64,000 nucleotides of DNA from an uncultured Victivallales bacterium (GTDB lineage Bacteria > Verrucomicrobiota > Lentisphaeria > Victivallales > UBA1829): positions 41,630-105,629 of the forward strand of contig CALXSJ010000012.1 in NCBI GenBank assembly GCA_944391115.1. The letters run 5' to 3'. Shown here piece by piece: positions 61,888 to 64,000 of this stretch. The first letter of the stretch is position 1. Each line of letters opens with the position of its first letter. The notes beneath the pieces are model-generated. The model ran no database searches and had not been told where the DNA came from. It worked only from the letters and a program-made list of their open reading frames with translations. The position numbers and the translations under genes are program-made.

Positions 61888-63249
61888 GTGGATATGCGCG
61901 GCATGGTCAAGGTGACCAGTCTCGGGTGCGCGAAGAATTTCGTGGATACCGAAGTGGCTTCGGCCTCGTTTCTCTGTGCCGGTTTCGGACTTACGTCCTC
62001 GGATGCCGACGCGGATGTGCAGTTCATCAACACCTGCGCGTTTCTGGAGGAGGCGAGAACGGAGGCTTCCGGCGTGATTCGTTCCGTCCGGAGCTGGAAG
62101 GAGTCCGCGCCGGATGTCCGGCGCGTGATCGTCGCGGGATGTTTTGTGGAATGGGCGGAAAAATCCGAGCTGGAGAAATTTCCGTGGGTTGACGCATGGC
62201 TGCGGATCGACGCCGTCGCGGAGGCGGGGAAGACCGCCCGGAACCTTCTGGAGGGAAAAAGGAGCGTCCCGCGTGGAAGCGCCCGTCCCTCCTGGCTGTA
62301 TACCCATGAAACGCCGCGCGTCCAGCTGACGCCCGCGCATTACGCCTATCTCAAGATCTCCGACGGGTGCGACAACTGCTGCACCTACTGCCGGATTCCC
62401 TCCATCCGCGGATCGCTGCGGAGCCGGACGGTCGGCGATGTCGTCGCGGAGGCGCGGCAGCTGCTGAAAAACGGGGTCAGGGAACTGATTCTGATCGCGC
62501 AGGACAGCGGCGCGTTCGGGCGCGATGCGCAGGGGGTCTCCCGCCTGCCGGAACTGCTGGACAGTCTGGATGCGCTGAAGGGCGATTTTCTGCTGCGCCT
62601 GATGTATCTGCATCCGGCAAGCGTGAATGACGCCCTGCTGGACGCCATGAAGCGCTCGCACCATCTGGTCCGGTGCATTGAAATGCCGCTTCAGCATATC
62701 GCGGAACCGGTCCTCCGGGCGATGCACCGGAAGGTGTTCGAATCGCGCACCCGCGAAGTTGTGAAGCGGATGCGCGAAGCCGGATATGCCGTGAGGACGA
62801 CATTCATGACCGGCTTTCCCGGAGAGACTGCAGAGGATTTCCGGAAGCTGTGCCGTTTTGTCGAGGAGACGGAATTTGAGCGTCTGGGGGTTTTCGCCTA
62901 TTCGCGCGAAGAAGGAACTCCGGCGGCGGCGCTGCCCGGACAAATCCCCGCCGCGACCGCAAAACGGCGACGCGGCCGGCTTCTGAAGCTGCAGCGCGCC
63001 ATCAGCCTGAAGCACAACAAGGCGCTTGTAGGAAGCGTCATAGACGTGATTGTCGACGAGACGCTTTCTCCTTCCGAGGCGATCGGAAGAACGCTTTCCG
63101 ATGCGCCGGACATCGACAATCAGGTGTTCCTGAAGTCGGGACGGAGGCTGCTGCCCGGAGAGGTTGTGAAGGCGGAAGTGATTTCCGCGTCCGAATATGA
63201 ACTTGCCGCACGCTGTGTCTGCGGAAAGAAGAGAGGTGTCCGCAAATGA
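61888..63249 (+). CDS. rimO: ribosomal protein S12 methylthiotransferase (radical SAM, MiaB family)
   Basis: VTSLGCAKNFVDTE (UPF0004 N-domain), SDGCDNCCTYCRIP (CxxxCxxC) and a C-terminal TRAM-like domain. The start is uncertain. GTG 61888 lies 7 nt after GGAGGA. The alternatives are TTG 61852 and ATG 61894. Confidence 0.85.
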   Translation: MDMRGMVKVTSLGCAKNFVDTEVASASFLCAGFGLTSSDADADVQFINTCAFLEEARTEASGVIRSVRSWKESAPDVRRVIVAGCFVEWAEKSELEKFPWVDAWLRIDAVAEAGKTARNLLEGKRSVPRGSARPSWLYTHETPRVQLTPAHYAYLKISDGCDNCCTYCRIPSIRGSLRSRTVGDVVAEARQLLKNGVRELILIAQDSGAFGRDAQGVSRLPELLDSLDALKGDFLLRLMYLHPASVNDALLDAMKRSHHLVRCIEMPLQHIAEPVLRAMHRKVFESRTREVVKRMREAGYAVRTTFMTGFPGETAEDFRKLCRFVEETEFERLGVFAYSREEGTPAAALPGQIPAATAKRRRGRLLKLQRAISLKHNKALVGSVIDVIVDETLSPSEAIGRTLSDAPDIDNQVFLKSGRRLLPGEVVKAEVISASEYELAARCVCGKKRGVRK

Positions 63250-63851
63250 ACTGGATGAAGAATCTGCCGAACCAGCTGACGATCAGCCGGATTGTCCTGA
63301 TTACTGTTTTCGTCCTGCTGGCGAATATCGACGCCAGTAAAATCAATTTTGTCTACATTTCCCCGACGGTTTCCCATATTTCGCATGTGATCGCATACAT
63401 CGTAGCCATCATTGCCGGCATTACGGACTGGTTTGACGGATATCTTGCGCGCAAATACAAATGCGAAAGCGATTTCGGGCGCCTGATGGATCCGCTGGCC
63501 GACAAGATTTTCATCGTTGCGACTTTTGTGATGTTTTCGGACTACCGGATTATTCCGGCGTGGATCGTGGTGATTGTCATTGCGCGGGAATTCATGGTGA
63601 CGGGGCTGCGCCTTCTGGCGCTCAGCGAGGGAATTGTGATCTCCGCCGACCGGTCCGGAAAAATCAAGACCGCGCTTCAGATGTTCGCGCTTCTGATTGC
63701 GGGGGCGGGCTGGATCAATCTCTTCGACATCATGGATCCCGTGATCTGGAATCTCTGGTATGCGCTCATTCTTCTGGTGATGTTCGTCACGCTCTATTCC
63801 GGCGTATCTTATTTTGTCAAGAATTACAAGCTGTTCCGGAACAAATTCTGA
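63246..63851 (+). CDS. pgsA: CDP-diacylglycerol--glycerol-3-phosphate 3-phosphatidyltransferase
   Basis: CDP-alcohol phosphatidyltransferase motif DWFDGYLARKYKCESDFGRLMDPLADK. ATGA overlap with the rimO stop. Confidence 0.85.
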   Translation: MNWMKNLPNQLTISRIVLITVFVLLANIDASKINFVYISPTVSHISHVIAYIVAIIAGITDWFDGYLARKYKCESDFGRLMDPLADKIFIVATFVMFSDYRIIPAWIVVIVIAREFMVTGLRLLALSEGIVISADRSGKIKTALQMFALLIAGAGWINLFDIMDPVIWNLWYALILLVMFVTLYSGVSYFVKNYKLFRNKF

Positions 63852-63854
63852 TTC

Positions 63855-64000
63855 ATGGCCATCGACGACGAGACATTGAAGACGGAGAGCGCCGCGGGCG
63901 GAAAGATGCCCGCCTTTCTGATCGGAATCCAGGGCGCGGACTGTTCGCATGCCTCGGCCCTGGAATATCTTGCGGAGCTTCGCGAACTTGTAAACACCCT
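63855..64000 (+). CDS. hflX: possible GTPase HflX, N-terminal 48 codons only (runs off window end)
   Basis: Own translation: MAIDDETLKTESAAGGKMPAFLIGIQGADCSHASALEYLAELRELVNT. The pattern (hydrophobic strand, then ...LEYLAELRELV.T) resembles the HflX N-terminal domain. This is weak evidence. Confidence 0.35.
   Translation, partial: MAIDDETLKTESAAGGKMPAFLIGIQGADCSHASALEYLAELRELVNT

Noticed and set aside
61435-63015. N-terminal 527 codons of ORF 61045-63015 (656 aa)
   Set aside because: This part is antisense to rimO and crosses the intergenic region. Only the last 129 codons form a credible gene, with an SD, a lipobox signal peptide and a terminator.
1-64000. Search for mobile elements, defence systems, CRISPR-Cas, retron/DGR reverse transcriptases, toxin-antitoxin pairs, and tRNA/rRNA genes
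   Set aside because: I recognised none of the following: integrase, transposase, RT, Cas or nuclease-NTPase defence signatures; terminal inverted repeats flanking a gene block; or a tRNA cloverleaf. The accessory-looking glycan cassettes therefore show no visible sign of mobility within this window.

Overview
This is a GC-rich bacterial chromosomal window with sharply AT-rich intergenic promoters. I support about 56 protein genes and one RNase P RNA. I found no tRNA, rRNA, CRISPR array, cas gene, integrase, transposase, reverse transcriptase or obvious toxin-antitoxin pair.

The content falls into two classes.

(1) Housekeeping islands:
- A truncated alpha ribosomal operon, rpmJ-rpsM-rpsK-rpoA-rplQ, without rpsD or infA.
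- rnpB, galE, a DnaQ-like exonuclease, leuCD, dinB, pcnB, nadB, lnt, an EF-G paralog, rimO, pgsA and a possible hflX start.

(2) Glycan-utilisation loci. Four of them share a recurring, functionally uncharacterised module. Each has a small prepilin-type N-terminal / H-X9-DG (DUF1559-like) pseudopilin-like gene next to exported CBM or glycoside-hydrolase proteins. Each also has a dedicated GntR- or AraC-family regulator. None contains a recognisable transporter gene. Two of these cassettes lie back to back at 14.6-27.7 kb. Their regulator genes each carry a textbook TTGACA-N16/17-TATAAT promoter followed by related GCTAT/ATAGC inverted repeats.

The abundance of H-X9-DG proteins suggests a PVC-superphylum organism (Lentisphaerota or Kiritimatiellota-like). 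That is inference only.

Other points worth a second look:
- A 190-bp-period tandem element with a 59/62-identical core, in the largest intergenic gap (38.1-38.9 kb).
- A doubly truncated GH2 gene remnant abutting rnpB.
- A macro-domain gene translationally coupled to a sugar kinase.
- Striking A/T homopolymer palindromes upstream of promoters.

Many long ORFs in the track are antisense shadow ORFs typical of GC-rich DNA, and I rejected them. All functional calls rest on motifs I recognised by eye. No database search was run.
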